In this document: positions 1 to 16,207 of the stretch, in pieces
Position numbering within the stretch: position 1 is the first letter of the stretch
Layout: every line of letters begins with the position of its first letter
Source: the human T2T-CHM13v2.0 reference genome, Homo sapiens
DNA: 64,000 nucleotides
Direction: 5' to 3' (one strand)
Assembly (NCBI RefSeq): GCF_009914755.1
Contig: NC_060942.1
The notes under the pieces: model-generated
What the model was told of the DNA's origin: nothing
What the model saw: the letters and a program-made list of their open reading frames with translations, nothing else
Databases searched by the model: none
Made by a program: the position numbers and the translations under genes

Positions 1-4
1 ATCA

Positions 5-792
<788 letters not shown>

Positions 793-1475
793 AAAAAGGA
801 AGTCATGTTCATTTACTTTCCACTTCAGTGTGTATCGTGTAGTATTTTGGAGGTTGGAAAGTGAAACGTAGGAATCCTGAAGATTTTTTCCACTTCTAGT
901 TTGCAGTGCTCAGTGCACAATATACATTTTGCTGAATGAATAAACAGAAATAGGGAAGTAAACCTACAAATATTTTAGGGAGAAGCTCACTTCTTCCTTT
1001 TCTCAGGAAACCAAGCAAGCAAACATATCGTTCCAATTTTAAAACCCAGTGACCAAAGCCTTTGGAACTATGAATTTGCAACTGTCATAGGTTTATGGAT
1101 ATTGCTGTGGAGAAGCTCAATTTTCAGTGTTTGAACTGAACCCTTTCTTGTTAGGGAACGTGTGAAAGAAGAATTGTGGGGAAAAAAAAGCAAGCATAAC
1201 CAAAGATCATCAGCAGTGAAGAATCTAGGCTGTGGCTGAGAGAACCAGAGGCCTCTAAAATGGACCTGAGTCGATCTTCAGAACAGGGATCTACCATGCA
1301 GGAGCTTCTTGTGCTCACACAAATCTGTAAATGGGAACATTGTACATTGTCGAATTTAAATGATATTAATTTTCTCAAGCTATTTTTGTTACTATTTTCC
1401 TAAAATTGAATATTTGCAGGGAGCACTTATACTTTTTCCTAATGTCTGTATAACAAATTTCTATGCAAGTACATG

Positions 1476-1515
1476 AATAAATTATGCTCACCGCTCAGTT
1501 TTGTATAATGTGCCA
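1476..1515 (+). terminator. Cleavage/polyadenylation signal
   Basis: AATAAA at 1476-1481, upstream TGTA, CA dinucleotides 10-17 nt downstream, then GTTTTGTATAATGTG. Confidence 0.55.
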
Positions 1516-3049
1516 TTTATAGCCATCATGTATATGAACAATCACAGGCATAAGTAGGTATCGCTTATGTTGCACGTGCTAGGATCCTTATTCCTTTCTT
1601 ACACTTGGTAATAGCACCAGATGTATAGTTGAGTAAACCCTTTTCAATTTCAGATTGGCAGGCCCATCCCCTTGGGTATCCTCTCAACTATCCATTATTC
1701 TTTCAACTCCTGGATGAGAATGAATAACTGAGGACAGTTGTTCAGGACATGCTCCTAACACTTTGAGATCAATATCCCAAGAGCCACTTCTATGCATTCC
1801 CAGACAGGCCCTGGGCACCACCATCAGGGCTGACCCTGGGCCACAGCATGCCTCAGGGGTCAGCTCTCTAGGACCAGCCACTTGTCAGAATGTTATCCCC
1901 TGAGGCTGAAGCCACAGCCATGCTTGTCTCTTCCACAGAAGCACTTCTCTTCCACACCCTTTCACCACAGTTGGCAGATTTGAAAGAAAATATGGTAAGA
2001 TGAGAAATTTACTTCAACAAGTTTGAATGATAAGTTTCAAAGCAGCCCTAAAAGGAAACTAAAGAAGCCATAGTGGGGTCTCCCTATTGAAGTGCCCTCT
2101 GTCATAACAAAACTTCTCCTACCTATGGTTTCAAGGTAAATTCAAATAAATTCTCCAGAGGGATCTGGGCATTCTATGTCTTCTTTTATCTGGGGTGGAA
2201 ACGACAGGTTGTGAGGCTCTTATGCTAAGGACACTCTATACCTTTAGGAGCTAAAGGGGCCAACTTGCCTGTTACCCATGATACAGGATTAGCACGGAAT
2301 ATGTCAAGATCAAAGCTAAGTTTTACAAGAAACCAGGAATTTCTAAGGAGGCTTCTTATTAACAATTTTGCAAGAATATTTTTGTGGTTAGTAAACATAA
2401 GATAAGATTTCAGGCACAGGACTGTTTTCAGCCTTTCTCCTTATGTAACTAGTTCCTTCCAAAAGGCTTCACTCTTTAGTTTCATCTTCTTCTTTAATCT
2501 GCATTGACAACTCCCAGACCATTAGGAGGGCTTATAGCTTCAAGGCTGTAGAGTGCCACTGGCTAAAGCAATCAGCAATGCAGATCCTGAAGGAATTTAA
2601 GGCTTAATAAATGAATATAGTAAATAATAGACTTTTAAAGAATGAAATATAAGTATAGCTGCTTTCACAGCTCTTAAACTATAAAGTAGATGCAGTAAAT
2701 CAGATCAGACATGTGCAAAGTCACCTAAAAGAGAAAATTGCTCCCAGGACTGACCTAATCTTATTTAATATTAACCTGGTAGGTGTGAACATATCTAAAG
2801 CAAGCTTAGGTCCACCTGATGGGGTAGCAAGTCAACCACTGAGGCTCAGGAAGAGGAAAACCTAGGAAGGGGGTCTTCAATATTGGAACTTGGGGTGGGA
2901 CAGGTGTCAAGGGTGAGCTCTGTGACGGAAATGGCACTGGGGTATTATGGTTTAGTAAACTGAACTATATAGACCAAGCAACTAATGCTCCTTGTCCAAT
3001 CCTGTACTCACAAGCTATTTGGCTTCCTATGTAGACTTGTCTTACAGGG

Positions 3050-3960
3050 TAAAAACACATGTGTCCACACTGAGGAAGGGAGGTTTAGGCAGAGATCTAA
3101 GGAATAGGCAGGAGGTGGAGGAAGGTGGAGTGTGGAGGGAACAGTACCCTTGGCAAAGGGAAACTTGTGGATAAAGGCCTTGAAACAAGGAGATTGGTGC
3201 TTTCAAGGAGTGAGAAGATTGCTGTGGCTGGATTATGGTGAATGAAAGGGTGCTGGAGTGAATTCAGCAAGCCAACTGGGAGGCCATTGCAGTAGTGCAG
3301 GAGAGAAGTGATGGTGGCTTGGACTTCAGTGGTGATGTAGAGACGTTCATGGATATGAGAGACAGGAGGCAGAATCACCAGAACTCTGTGATGAGTTGAT
3401 TTGCAGGGTGAGGGAGGGGGAGGTGTCAAGGATGGCTTCCTGATTTGTAGCTTGGGCTACAAGGTGAATGGTGGTGCCACACCATCGATGGAGCACTGAA
3501 GGATCACTTCTCCTCTCATGCTGCACACTCTTCCTCGCCAATCCCATCCTTCTCATGCTTCAATCCAGAGCTTATCTTCAACTCCCTACAGGGACTGTTC
3601 CAAAAGCACTTCCTCAAACTCAACATATCCAGGACAAAACTCATCTTCTTCAACTATTCTTCTCTCCCTCCCATGTTGACTCATGGAGAAAGGTAGCACC
3701 TTCCACCCGAATGGGAAAGCCAGAAACAGGATGCCATCCTTGACCTCATTCTCTCACCTCCAGGAAATAGTTAGCTAAGGGCTGAGGTTTCCACCTCCTT
3801 GATAGCCCCCATTCATTCATTTATTGAATGACTGTTTACTACATAACAGGAACTGTGACTACAATAGTGAACCAGACGGCCATAGTCTCTTCCCTCACAA
3901 AAACTTTATGAGGTGAACTGACAAGTAAAGGAGTAATATAATATAGTGCAGTGATGATAA
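3050..3960. mobile_element. L2 fragments (both orientations)
   Basis: L2-like motifs GGAGGCCATTGCAGTAGT..GATGGTGGCTTGGAC, CTCAAACTCAACATATCC and CATTCATTCATTTATTGA. Confidence 0.6.
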
Positions 3961-4064
3961 TGAGTAAGAGACAACCAGTTAACAAGTTTGAGGGAAGAGT
4001 ATGCCAGTGACCTCTTTCTTCTAAAAAACGAAGACAGTAATATATCATTAAGTACCAGGCATCC

Positions 4065-4590
4065 ATAACAGTTAGGATGCCTTTGCCTGCAAGTAACAAA
4101 ATACCTGACAGAAAGTGGTTAAAACAACAGGAATTTCATTCCTAAAAGTAGGAAGTTCCAGATTTTGTGCTCAATGATGTCACCAAGGGGTGCAATTTCT
4201 TTCCATCTTCCTCATCATTCTCAGCATCCTCAGAAGGCTCCACTTTCATCCTAGAGCTTGTAGCCTCATAGTTACAACATGGCTGCCCTGGTTACAAACA
4301 TCACAACCACATCAAGAAGAAGGGGGGCAAATAGAGTTGCAAGAGGGCCATTCTCTCATGTTTCTCTTCTTTATCAGGGAGGGAAGTCTTTCTTAGAAGC
4401 TCCTCTAAAATAATTTCACTTGTGTCTTTTTGGCAGAACTGGGTTGTATGGCCATTCATGGCTGCCTAAAAAATCTGAGAAAGTAGGCATCTGGTATGTA
4501 GCTTCTCTTGTAACAGGTGAACTCTGCCATATTGGAGCAAAAGCAAGAGGAATGGCAATTGGACAGGCAGCCAACATGGCTGCTACAGTG
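4065..4590. mobile_element. Old ERVL-MaLR LTR (MLT1-like)
   Basis: TTAGGATGCCTTTGCCTGCAAGTAACA start and ACATGGCTGCC motifs typical of old MLT1 LTRs. Confidence 0.5.
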
Positions 4591-5377
4591 GTATATAGTA
4601 CCACCATATAGCATGTAGTTCCTATGTGCCCACACAAGAGAGAGACATAGTGATAGGTTAGACTGTCTATTGTGAGATTCACAAAGGGGTTTGGAACAGA
4701 AATCCAGACCAAGACCTTTTACACAAGAGATTCTTTGTGGAATACTTGCTGGAATATTCCCAGAGTATTTTGGGATACCCCAGACTCATACAAGGTTGTA
4801 TAACCTCTAACTAACAAGATTCTAAGCAAAGGATGAGACGTGATCATGCTCAGGTAACGAAAACTTAGGGTCAATTCATGTTCTAATTAGTTCTCTTGAT
4901 CTAACAGTTATGGCTTATAAATCATTCCATGTCGGAAGCCCCACCGGAAATAGTTGAGGTTCAATTCAGTTACAGCTCAATGAAGTCTGAAAACAAGTGT
5001 CCAACATTTTCTGGTTCATGGTTTAAAATAGGTTTCAAATAAACAATGAGGAAGCCAGTTTCCTGTTTGGGTTGGGTCCATTGGATCCTAGCCCATCAAA
5101 GCTTTGAATTATATTACAATGACAGGCAAGGACTAGAGGGGGAAGAACTGAAACGCAGAGAAAAGTTGGCACAGTGCCAGGAAACCTGGCTAAAATTAAG
5201 TCCCTCAGTCCAAAGAAAACAATGGCAGCTAGGACATGAGTCAATGGTCCAAGTGCAAGTGCATTTGGGGGCAACAAGAGCACACACAGGCAGGCCATGG
5301 AACTGGCCAACCCAACAAGAAGGTCTTTCCACATTCTGAGATCCCCCCTAATGCTGGCCTCTCAATGAGAGGGTAGA

Positions 5378-5675
5378 TCTGTACTATTGAATACAGTAGC
5401 CACTATCCATGGTGCAGCACTTGCAGTGCAGCTGGTCCAAATTGAGATGTGTTCTACATGTAAATTGCACACTGGGTTCCCAACACTTATAACAAAAAAG
5501 GAAAAAATATCTCAATAATTGTCTATATTAAATTTTGAAATGACAATAAAATATATTGTTAAAATTAATCTCACCTTTTTAAATACATTTTTAAGATGGC
5601 CACTTTTGAAAATCCAAAATTATACAAATAACTTGCATTTGTGGCTCACATTGTATCCCTATTCAACAGCACTGG
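5378..5675 (-). mobile_element. MER3/MER33-type hAT-Charlie DNA transposon
   Basis: Terminus GTGGCTCACATTGTATCCCTATTCAACAGCACTG and internal GTCCAAATTGAGATGTG match the MER3/MER33 family. Confidence 0.65.
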
Positions 5676-6487
5676 GCTAGACAGTTCCCCAGCCCAGGGT
5701 TCTTAGTGGTTTACAAAGTCTCCATAGCAACTTAGATGGCACTGAGCTGTTGGAACTCAAACTTCTGGAGAATTCATTCATTCCTCCCTCAGAAATAATG
5801 CATGGAAATGAAGCCTTTCTTCTGTCACGTTGTGGAGACAGAGCTTACTGATTCTGGGGTCTCTATATCAAATTCATCAGTTCAAAGATTCCTAATGTCA
5901 ATTTAAGGTAAAACTGTGTACTTTTCCAGGAGGGCTAAATGCTGTGCACCCTGAGGATGTCATTTCTTAAAATAATCATAACATGGCTACAGAGTGAGGA
6001 GACTGGTTTTCCTGCATGTGATATTAAGTTATTCTGAAGGCAGTACCTAAAGAACAGCCTCAGAAACACTTGGCCCTCAGACAGCACTACTGGGACAAAC
6101 AGGCTGCCTCTCCACGTGTCCATGTGCAGGATAACTCTAACCTGAATGTACAAGTGCTCATCAGTCATAAGCTATGAAAAAAGTGAAGTACCTGGACATA
6201 AGGCAATAGGGAATAGTGGGGACTGTAGCCAATTGAAGATTGCATGCTCTCGCCTAAAAGTATTCGCATTCAGTTTTTTTAACACTATGCTAACCAAACA
6301 AAGCACATTTGGGAGATGGATTTCTTTCGTGGGCTCCTTTTTGCAAGTTCTATTTCCAGGCAGCTGTTATGAATGCGCTACAATGCTTCACAACCAGGGG
6401 AATTTATCAGAATTATGCCTAAGGGCCTTTGAAAAACTTCAGTTATTCCCATCTCTTCTCAGACCTCCTGAATCTGAATTTCTAAAG

Positions 6488-7558
6488 TTTCGGGGGACCT
6501 GCCCCGAAAATCACGTAGGTTCTTTTCTATTTTCCTAAGTGTCGGCTGGCTTGAGAAATAAAGGGACAGAGTACAAAATAGAGAAATTTTAATTTCTGGG
6601 CGTCCGGGGGAGACATCACACGTTGGTAGGATCCATGATGCCCCACAAGCCACAAAACCAAGCAAGTTTTTATTAGGGATTTTCAAAAGGGGAGGGAGTG
6701 TGCGAATAGGTGTGGGTGACAGACATCAAGTACCTAACAGGGTAATAGAATATCACAAGGCAAGTGGAGGCAGGGCGAGATCAAAGGACCACAGGACCGA
6801 GGTGAAATTAAAATTGCTAATGGAGTTTCGGGCACCATTGTCATTGATAACATCTCATCAGGAGACAGGGTTTTGAGATCAACCGGTCTGACCAAAATTT
6901 ATTAGGCGGGAATTTCGTCTTCCTAATAAGCCTGGGAGCGCTATGGGAGACTGGAGTCTATCTCACCTCTGCAATCTCGACCATAAGAGACAGGTACGCC
7001 CCAGGAAGGCCAGTTCAGAGACCTACCCCTAGGTGCGCATTCTCTTTCTCAGGGACGTTCCATGCTGAGAAAAAGAATTCAGCGATATTTCTCCCATTTG
7101 CTTTTGAAAGAAGAGAAATATGGCTCTGTTCTGCCTGGCTCACTGGCAGTCAGAGTTTAAGTTTATCTCTCATATTCCCTGAACAATTGCTGTTATCCTG
7201 TTCTTTTTTCAAGGTGCCCACATTTCATATTGCTCAAACACACATGCTGTACAATTTGTGCAGTTAATGCAATTATTGCAGGGTCCTGAGGCAACATACA
7301 TCCTCCTCAGCTGATAGGATTAAGAGATTAAAGTAAAGACAGGCATAGGAAATCACAAGGGTATTGATTGGGGAAGTGATAAATGTCCATGAAATCTTTA
7401 CAATTTATGTTTAGAGATTGCAGTAAAGACAGGCATAAGAAATTATAAAAGTATTAATTTGGGGAACTAATAAATGTCCATAAAATCTTCACAATCCACG
7501 TTCTTCTGTCATGGCTTCAGCTGGTCCCTCTGTTTGGGGTCTCTGACTTCCCGCAACA
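6488..7558 (-). mobile_element. MER11 solo LTR (HERV-K HML-8), probably MER11C
   Basis: Reverse complement starts TGTTGCGGGAAGTCAGAGACCCC. Length 1071 bp, internal ~90-bp tandem units at 7323-7500, perfect 6-bp TSD CTAAAG at 6482-6487 and 7559-7564. It interrupts a MER5-like element. Confidence 0.9.
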
Positions 7559-7584
7559 CTAAAGGTACTACAGATGATTCGAAA

Positions 7585-8513
<929 letters not shown>

Positions 8514-10085
8514 TAATGGGCCCTCCTACATAAAAGCCACTGCACATTCAGAAAATTCAGAGTACCCTGGAGGCTGGAGTAGATGAGGATGGCTTCCTGG
8601 AGGAGGTGTGAAGGTGTGACTCTGGCCTCATTCTGACACATTCCCTCCCTGGCTCACCTAGACTTGGCTTTAGGAGCTCATCTGGGCTCCCCCTGGACTC
8701 CCAACCACGCCCTTTCCAGAACCACTTCTAGAGACCAAGGAAATGATGCTCTTACCAAGGGGCCATGTTGTGGTGGGGCCTAAGATTCATAGTTCAGGCA
8801 GTGTATAGAGAAGGTGGCCAGAGCAGAAGGGAGTGGCCATGGCACAGAATCTATTTTCTTTAAATGCTCAAAGCTTACATATGTCAAGTCAGCCTATAAT
8901 AGCCATCTCTTCCCATTTTGATCCCACCCCACCTTGACACAGCCAAGGCAATGTCATGGCATTTCTCTTAATCACCCTCATGGTCTGCTGTGTGCTTACT
9001 CCTTTTCAACTGTAAGGATGACCTAGAAATATATAACCATATTTTATATAAATACAGAACTGCCTAAAGAAGCAGCTAATATTGTGATTCCCCTGGCCCT
9101 GCCCCCACCACTTCCTGCCTCCAACTCCCCACCCACCATGTGAGGAAAGCTTATGCTTCTCTTCCTTTCTCCTGGGGACCTCCTTTCACTGCCACACCAG
9201 TCCCACTTGTCCCACCTCTGCCCTACACATTCCTCATGGACAGCGCCCATCACCTGCCGCTCTGCCCCTCACTGCCAATCACAGGGCCCTGCAAGCTCCA
9301 AGCCACACGGCCAATGGTAGCCTAAGGACCCCCTTCCTGCACACCTCGAATTGACCACCACTGTCTGCTCATCCTAGGAACCTCCAAATTCAGGCCCTTT
9401 CAACCCTCAGGACTCCAGATTATTCTTCCCTATACCCACATCTAGGACTGACCCACTGCTGATTCACACCAGTGCAGACATTCAAATTATTAAAATATTC
9501 AGTTCTTTTGCACACTTTGTGGTAAGTAACCACTGCCCTGAGCCCTGTCACTTGAGTCTCTCTATGACCTTCAGGAATTTCTCCACAATCCAGCAACTAA
9601 AGGGTTAACACAAAGCACAGCTGTGAGTTCCAGCAATCGTTCTGATTGGTCAGTCCCCTTGCCTTACCAGGTGATTAAGGTTTTAAATTTCACTGTGGCA
9701 CCACACGGCAGATAAATTTTGTATGCCTAATGCTGGTTGTAATTTAATGCAAATAATCATTTCTTTTGAGGCTGCAAGATGGGGTCTAAGGACTCTGGAC
9801 TCAGCGTGAGGTGCATGAGGGCATGCAAACACCTGGCATCAGGATCGTGCAGTCACACCCACATCAAGCCAACATCTGCATAATGCAACTGAGAAGCAGC
9901 AAAGCTGGTCCCCTAAGATGCCTTCACCAGCAGCCCACCACGGAGCCCAACATTTCTCCACTCATTCCCTGAATTTTCAGTGAGAGAAGCAACACAATAA
10001 GATCTCAGATAGCAACATCCTAATTGAATTAGTTTTACCTGGTCTCTTCCCAGTTTCTTCCTGCCTAATAGCAAGAGAAAGTCCT

Positions 10086-10392
10086 GGCCAGTGCAGTGGC
10101 TCACGCCTGTAATCCCAGCACTTGAGTGCTGGGATGGATCACTTGAGGTCAGGAGTTTGAGACCAGCCTGGCCAACATGGCAAAACCCCGTCTCTACTAA
10201 AAATACATAATTAGCCGGGCATGGTGGTGGGCACCTGTAATCCCAGTTACTCAGGAGGCTCAGGCAGGACAATTGCTTGAACCTGGGAGGCAGAGGCTGC
10301 AGTGATCCAAGATCACACCCCTGCACTTTAGCCTGGGTGACAGAGAGAGACTCCGTCTCAAAAAAATAAATAAATAAAATAAAATAAAAAAA
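10086..10392 (+). mobile_element. AluS with an internal palindromic replacement
   Basis: Full Alu, TSD AGAGAAAGTCCT on both sides, (TAAAA)n tail. Confidence 0.92.
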
Positions 10393-11612
10393 TAGAGAAA
10401 GTCCTATAGGAAAAAGACTCTAGAAAGATTACTTTTCATGGGAAATCCAAGGAAGGTGGCCATCCAGAACTAGGGGAGTATCATGCAAAGGAAAGGAATG
10501 AGGCATAAGAGGGGTGTACAAGAGGAAACCCAGGACAATGCATCATTTAAAGTCGTGTTCCTCTGAACATATTGCAGTGAAGAGACAAGCCAGTCAGCAA
10601 GGATTTGACTCGTTAGTCAAATGAGGTGTGAGCCCAGGCTAAGAAGCAGCTTCCCTCCTCCATGCCATTTACGTGGTTACTTCCTCTTCTTGTAATCTTC
10701 AAATCCCAGCTTGCCTGCTCTAATGGCCATTTGTTGTTTTTGTCTTCCCCGCATGCTTCCCACCTTCTTCTAGTAACAGCGCCTCCCCTTCCTTAAGGGA
10801 TCTGCTCCTTCCCCATCCATGGGGTCCTCTGAGGCTGCTGGCCTCAATACCATAATCTCAAACACAGTGGAGTCAGTGACTCAGCTGTAATCAATCATAG
10901 TATCTCAATCCCCTGGCCATGGGGATTGGTCCAAGGGACAGCCACCTAACCCAAACTGAGGCAATAAGATTCTTCCCTGCAGGAATTTGAAATCTAAGTA
11001 CACAGACATCCAGGATGAAGGGAAATCGAGGCTGGGTCTGAGAATAGTGCTCTAAGAGAAAGGCCATGAGATACCCAGAGCCATCCTGGTTTCTTTCCCT
11101 CCCAAGCCCAGGTTACTATTACCTTGATGTAATAACAACATTGACTATCCCCCAGCCCCATATCTTTCCAATAAACTGAATTGGTACTTAAGTTAGAATC
11201 TGTTTGTGTCATTTCAAACACAACCAAAATTGATACAGAATATTACAAGTGACATCTCTAGAAGATGGAATAGGCAGAGTCAAGAAGGGGCGGGGATCTG
11301 ACAGTTCTTGCTACATGGTTAAATGATTAGCTGATACATATTGTGACCCAAACCGTATGTACCCATGGCTAAAGCATTAGAAAAGGCTTGGTAGGAAAAT
11401 GTCAGGATATTAGAGAGCTCTGACTGATCACTTTAGCTTAGACTAAAGCAGGATGCATGGACATGTTGGGGTTGCCTCTTTCTGCCTTTAGCTAATGCTC
11501 CAAGAACCCGGGGGATGAACGATTGAGCTTCCTGCCTGTGCAGGTTATTAAGTTATTGTCTCCCAGTTCTAAGCCCACCCTTCTACACTTTGATCTGTGA
11601 TGGCAGGGCTAA

Positions 11613-12271
<659 letters not shown>

Positions 12272-13942
12272 TGAAATACAGAGAGAATGGAGGGAAGAGG
12301 GATTTGCCCCTTTCAGCAGTAGTTTCCAGCTCCTTGTCACTTTGCCACAACCTGACCCATCAGGCCCCCTTAAAGGGTGCAGCACCGCTAAGTCATTCAT
12401 TCCTTCCTCAGTGAGTTCTGTCCCTGGCCGTAATTAAAATTAATGTCCTGACTAGGAAGTGACTACCCGGGAGGATTAAAAGAAATGGGGAAGTCTGATC
12501 CCAAGCACCTTCTATTATCAATGTTTTCTTTGCCAAAAAAAAAAAAAAAATGCTAGCAATTCCTGGCCACAATTAAGTGTCACTCACTTGGGAAGAGCCT
12601 GGGGACAGAGGCCGTACTGACCTTATACCTATGCTAGAAGGGCCCTATACTGACCCCTCAATGCTTTAAAATGTCCCAAACTGACCTCCCTCTAGCCATT
12701 CCTCTGCCCCTTCCCTATGGACAAGAAGCGCATGGGCCCAAGAGGATATGTCCACCTGGAGCCTGGGACTCTCTTCTGGACCATGCTCCAAGTGCCTAGG
12801 ACAACAGAATGCCCTCCCCAGATGGCCTAGAGCTTGCTTTCTGGGCCCATGAGGCCCCCTTCCCTGAGTTCTCCTTCTAAAAGGGGATTGGGTTTCCAGG
12901 TTACACACCCCTTAGCCTGAGGTGCTACTAAGAGATGCTGATGGAGGCTGGGGGTGAATGGAGCTTGGACATGCCCACTGAGTTGTCCATATGCTTGCAT
13001 GGGGCCCCACTAAGCAGAACAGAGTCCAGTGGAAAGAGAAGATGGGGTGGGCAAGGGACTTCTTTTTGTGTTCTTGCCCCAGCCTCACAAAGAGGCTCAG
13101 AGAGGGCCTCACAGGAAGTGAGTAAGTTCCAGGCCCTGGATCTAAAGCAAAGGCCAACAAGATCATTAAGCCGAGATCTAAGGAAATGAGCTAAGAGACA
13201 GAACTGCAAGGCTGGGCACAGATTCAACCAATGAAATGAGTGAGAGTTTTATGAGGCTGTATTGCCAGAGAAACCTTAAGCTGAACATATAGGCGCTTAT
13301 GATTGTAAACCCCAAGCACCAGAACCCATGCCAGAAGGGAGCGGGCCTCAAGGCAGGGCCACCCCAGCAGCAAAATCTTCCCAGGTGCTCCTCAGGAGTG
13401 TCCAAGGTGAGCCCTGGATGGGAGACCCCAGCAACAGGGAAGCCATACTCACTGACCACAGACTCACCCACAACCAGGCCGTGAGTCAAGAAACATGTCT
13501 GCCTGCTTACTTACTATTCCTGACAAACAGGACATGCTGTACTCTGTGCCAGGGGCTGTCACCTCCTGTTCCCTTTCCCCTTTTTAAAAATGGAAGTTTT
13601 TATTATCTTGCTTCTCCCCCATCATGGTTTCTATATTGGGTGCATTGGGGTGACATGCTTATCTCTTTGCCAGATCCAATGGAGGGGAGAAGAGGTATCA
13701 GTAGCCATGGTTGTCTCCCGGGGGAAGGAGGTATGAACAATGCGGAGCTATTTTAAGCAGAGATATCTTTGAGATCGTGCACGTGTGAAGAAGGTTGCGT
13801 GTGAGTTAGGCAGCAAACTAGTGTTCCCTGTGCCCATCTCCCACCCCTGGCCCTTCTAGTCTCAGGCCTTGAACCCTTAACTGCAGAGGAAGGGCATGAG
13901 CCAGGCTGGAACAATCACTGCACTTTACCTCAACCACAGTGA

Positions 13943-14233
<291 letters not shown>

Positions 14234-14606
14234 TGACCCAGCTGTCGCCATGTGAGTCCAAGGCTGTGTCAGAGGCCGTGTTCCCCACTATGTGGGGAAA
14301 GGCCAGGTGGAGTAGGAGAGAATTAGACAATGGGTTAAGTGAGGTAGGGAGAGAGAGAGTGTGTGTGTTCTAGAAGCCTCAGTTCTCTCGTTCTAGTCCC
14401 AGAGGTCACCAGAGTTTCCTGCAAATCCACTTTAGGTTCTATGAGCTTCCTTACCTTTTCTACTTAAGCTAGTATAGAAAGTATAACTGACACTTTCAAC
14501 TAAGAGTCTCAACTAATTAACCAATCCTTAACATTTGAGTTAAACTTTCTTAAACTCATGGTTCTTTAAAATACTTTCTCATTCTGTTTATATATCCTCC
14601 CAACAG

Positions 14607-14610
<4 letters not shown>

Positions 14611-14664
<54 letters not shown>

Positions 14665-14682
14665 TGTGTGTGTGTGTGTGTG
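14611..14682. repeat. Compound microsatellite (AG)26(TG)10
   Basis: Read directly from the sequence. Confidence 0.95.
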
Positions 14683-15105
14683 GTTTAAAACAATAGAAAT
14701 TTATTCTCTCACAGTTCTGGAGGCCAGAAATCCAAAACTAAGGTATTGCCAGAGTTGTGTTTTTCCCTGAGAAAGAAGATTCCATGCCTGTCAACTGGCT
14801 CCTGGTGGTAGTCAGTAATCCTTGATGTTCTCTGGCATTTCCTGGCTTGTAGTGGCATCACTCCAACCTTTGTCTATATCTTCAGATGGTTTTCTTCTCT
14901 TTGCGTGTCTGTGGCTCTGTGGCTCCATGTTTTCCTCTCTTTTCCCTTACAAAGATGCCAGTCATTGGATTTAGGGCCCACCCTAATCCAATGTTACCTC
15001 ATCTTAACTAGCTACATCTGCAAAGGCTCTGTTTCCAAATAAAGTCACATTCTGAGGTTCTGGATACACATTAGCCTTAGGGGGCACACTATTCAACCTA
15101 TTACA
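14683..15105 (-). mobile_element. MLT1 (B/C-like) MaLR LTR
   Basis: AGAAATTTATTCTCTCACAGTTCTGGAGGCCAGAA and GGATTTAGGGCCCACCCTAATCCA are MLT1 motifs. Confidence 0.75.
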
Positions 15106-15629
15106 CATATATAATATGTCCTACCATTGCCCACTTGAGAGGGCTTGGTTGTTTTACATGCCAAAAGCAGTGAGCATACCTACCACTAAGAGCGTGGCTT
15201 CTAAATGCCATTCTTAAAACCTGCACATTCTCCACATGAATCCCAGAACTTAAAGTAACAACAACAACAAAAAAGAACCAAATAGTGATCTAAGAATGAT
15301 TGGGGAAAACTGAAAAAGACACAGAAGTCAGTTTGAAAGAACTTCCACTGGCTAAATTTGGGACAGTTTGAGCATGAAAATAAATAATAACAGTAATATG
15401 TCCTCTCAAATAATAGAGAAGACCATGAATCAATACTTACATACCTAAATACATACATACAAACAAACATACATACATGTGCTAATTGAAAATAGAGATA
15501 TTTGTCATTCCTTTTTCAGCAAATATAATTTCATCCTATGGATATATATGGTAGTTCATTTAAGTGTTCTATTACTGATTCAAGTTAATTCCAATGCTTT
15601 ACTATTTTAATAGTAATGCAATCCATTTT

Positions 15630-15975
15630 TTATTTTATAATATTTTAGACTCAGGGGGTACATGTGCATGTTTGTTACATGAGTATATTTTGTATTTGTG
15701 GGGATTGGGCTTCTACTGTACCCTTTACCCAAATAGTGAACATTGTACTCAATGGTTAATTTTTCAACACTCGCCCTCCTCCCAACCTCCCCTCTTCAGG
15801 AGTCCCCACTGTCTATTATTTCTATCTTTGTGTTCATGTTTACCCATTGCTTATCTCCCACTTATGAGTGAAAACACGTGGTATTTGATTTCCTGAGTTA
15901 GTTCACTAAGGATACTGCCCTCCAATTCCATCCATATTGCTGCAAAGGACATGATTTCATTTGTTATGGCTGCCG
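15630..15975 (-). mobile_element. L1 3' UTR fragment (L1PB/L1MA age)
   Basis: GGGGGTACATGTGCATGTTTGTTACATG...CCCACTTATGAGTGA...GCTGCAAAGGACATGATTTC. Confidence 0.8.
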
Positions 15976-16207
15976 AATAAATTCTATTGAGCTTTATTTT
16001 GTATTTCAAAATACAGACAATTTAACCAATTAGAATTAAGTATGACTGCAACTAGCATAGACTCAAAGTAATAGTGGGTAATTTCTTTCTCCTATTTGGA
16101 AAATCTGGAGGCAGGCTGTCTGTGGCTGGTGCCCCACCAAGTAGTTGAGGACCCAGGCTTTTTCCCTCTTTCCCAAGAGGACCTCCCAGTCTAAGATGGT
16201 TCTGGAT

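Noticed and set aside
7323-7500. ~90-bp tandem repeat that could suggest an array
   Set aside because: Intrinsic internal repeat of the MER11 LTR; no spacers, not CRISPR.
12900-13760. Cluster of 80-140 aa ORFs in moderately GC-rich sequence
   Set aside because: No recognisable protein or consistent exon structure; possibly an old LTR that I could not classify.
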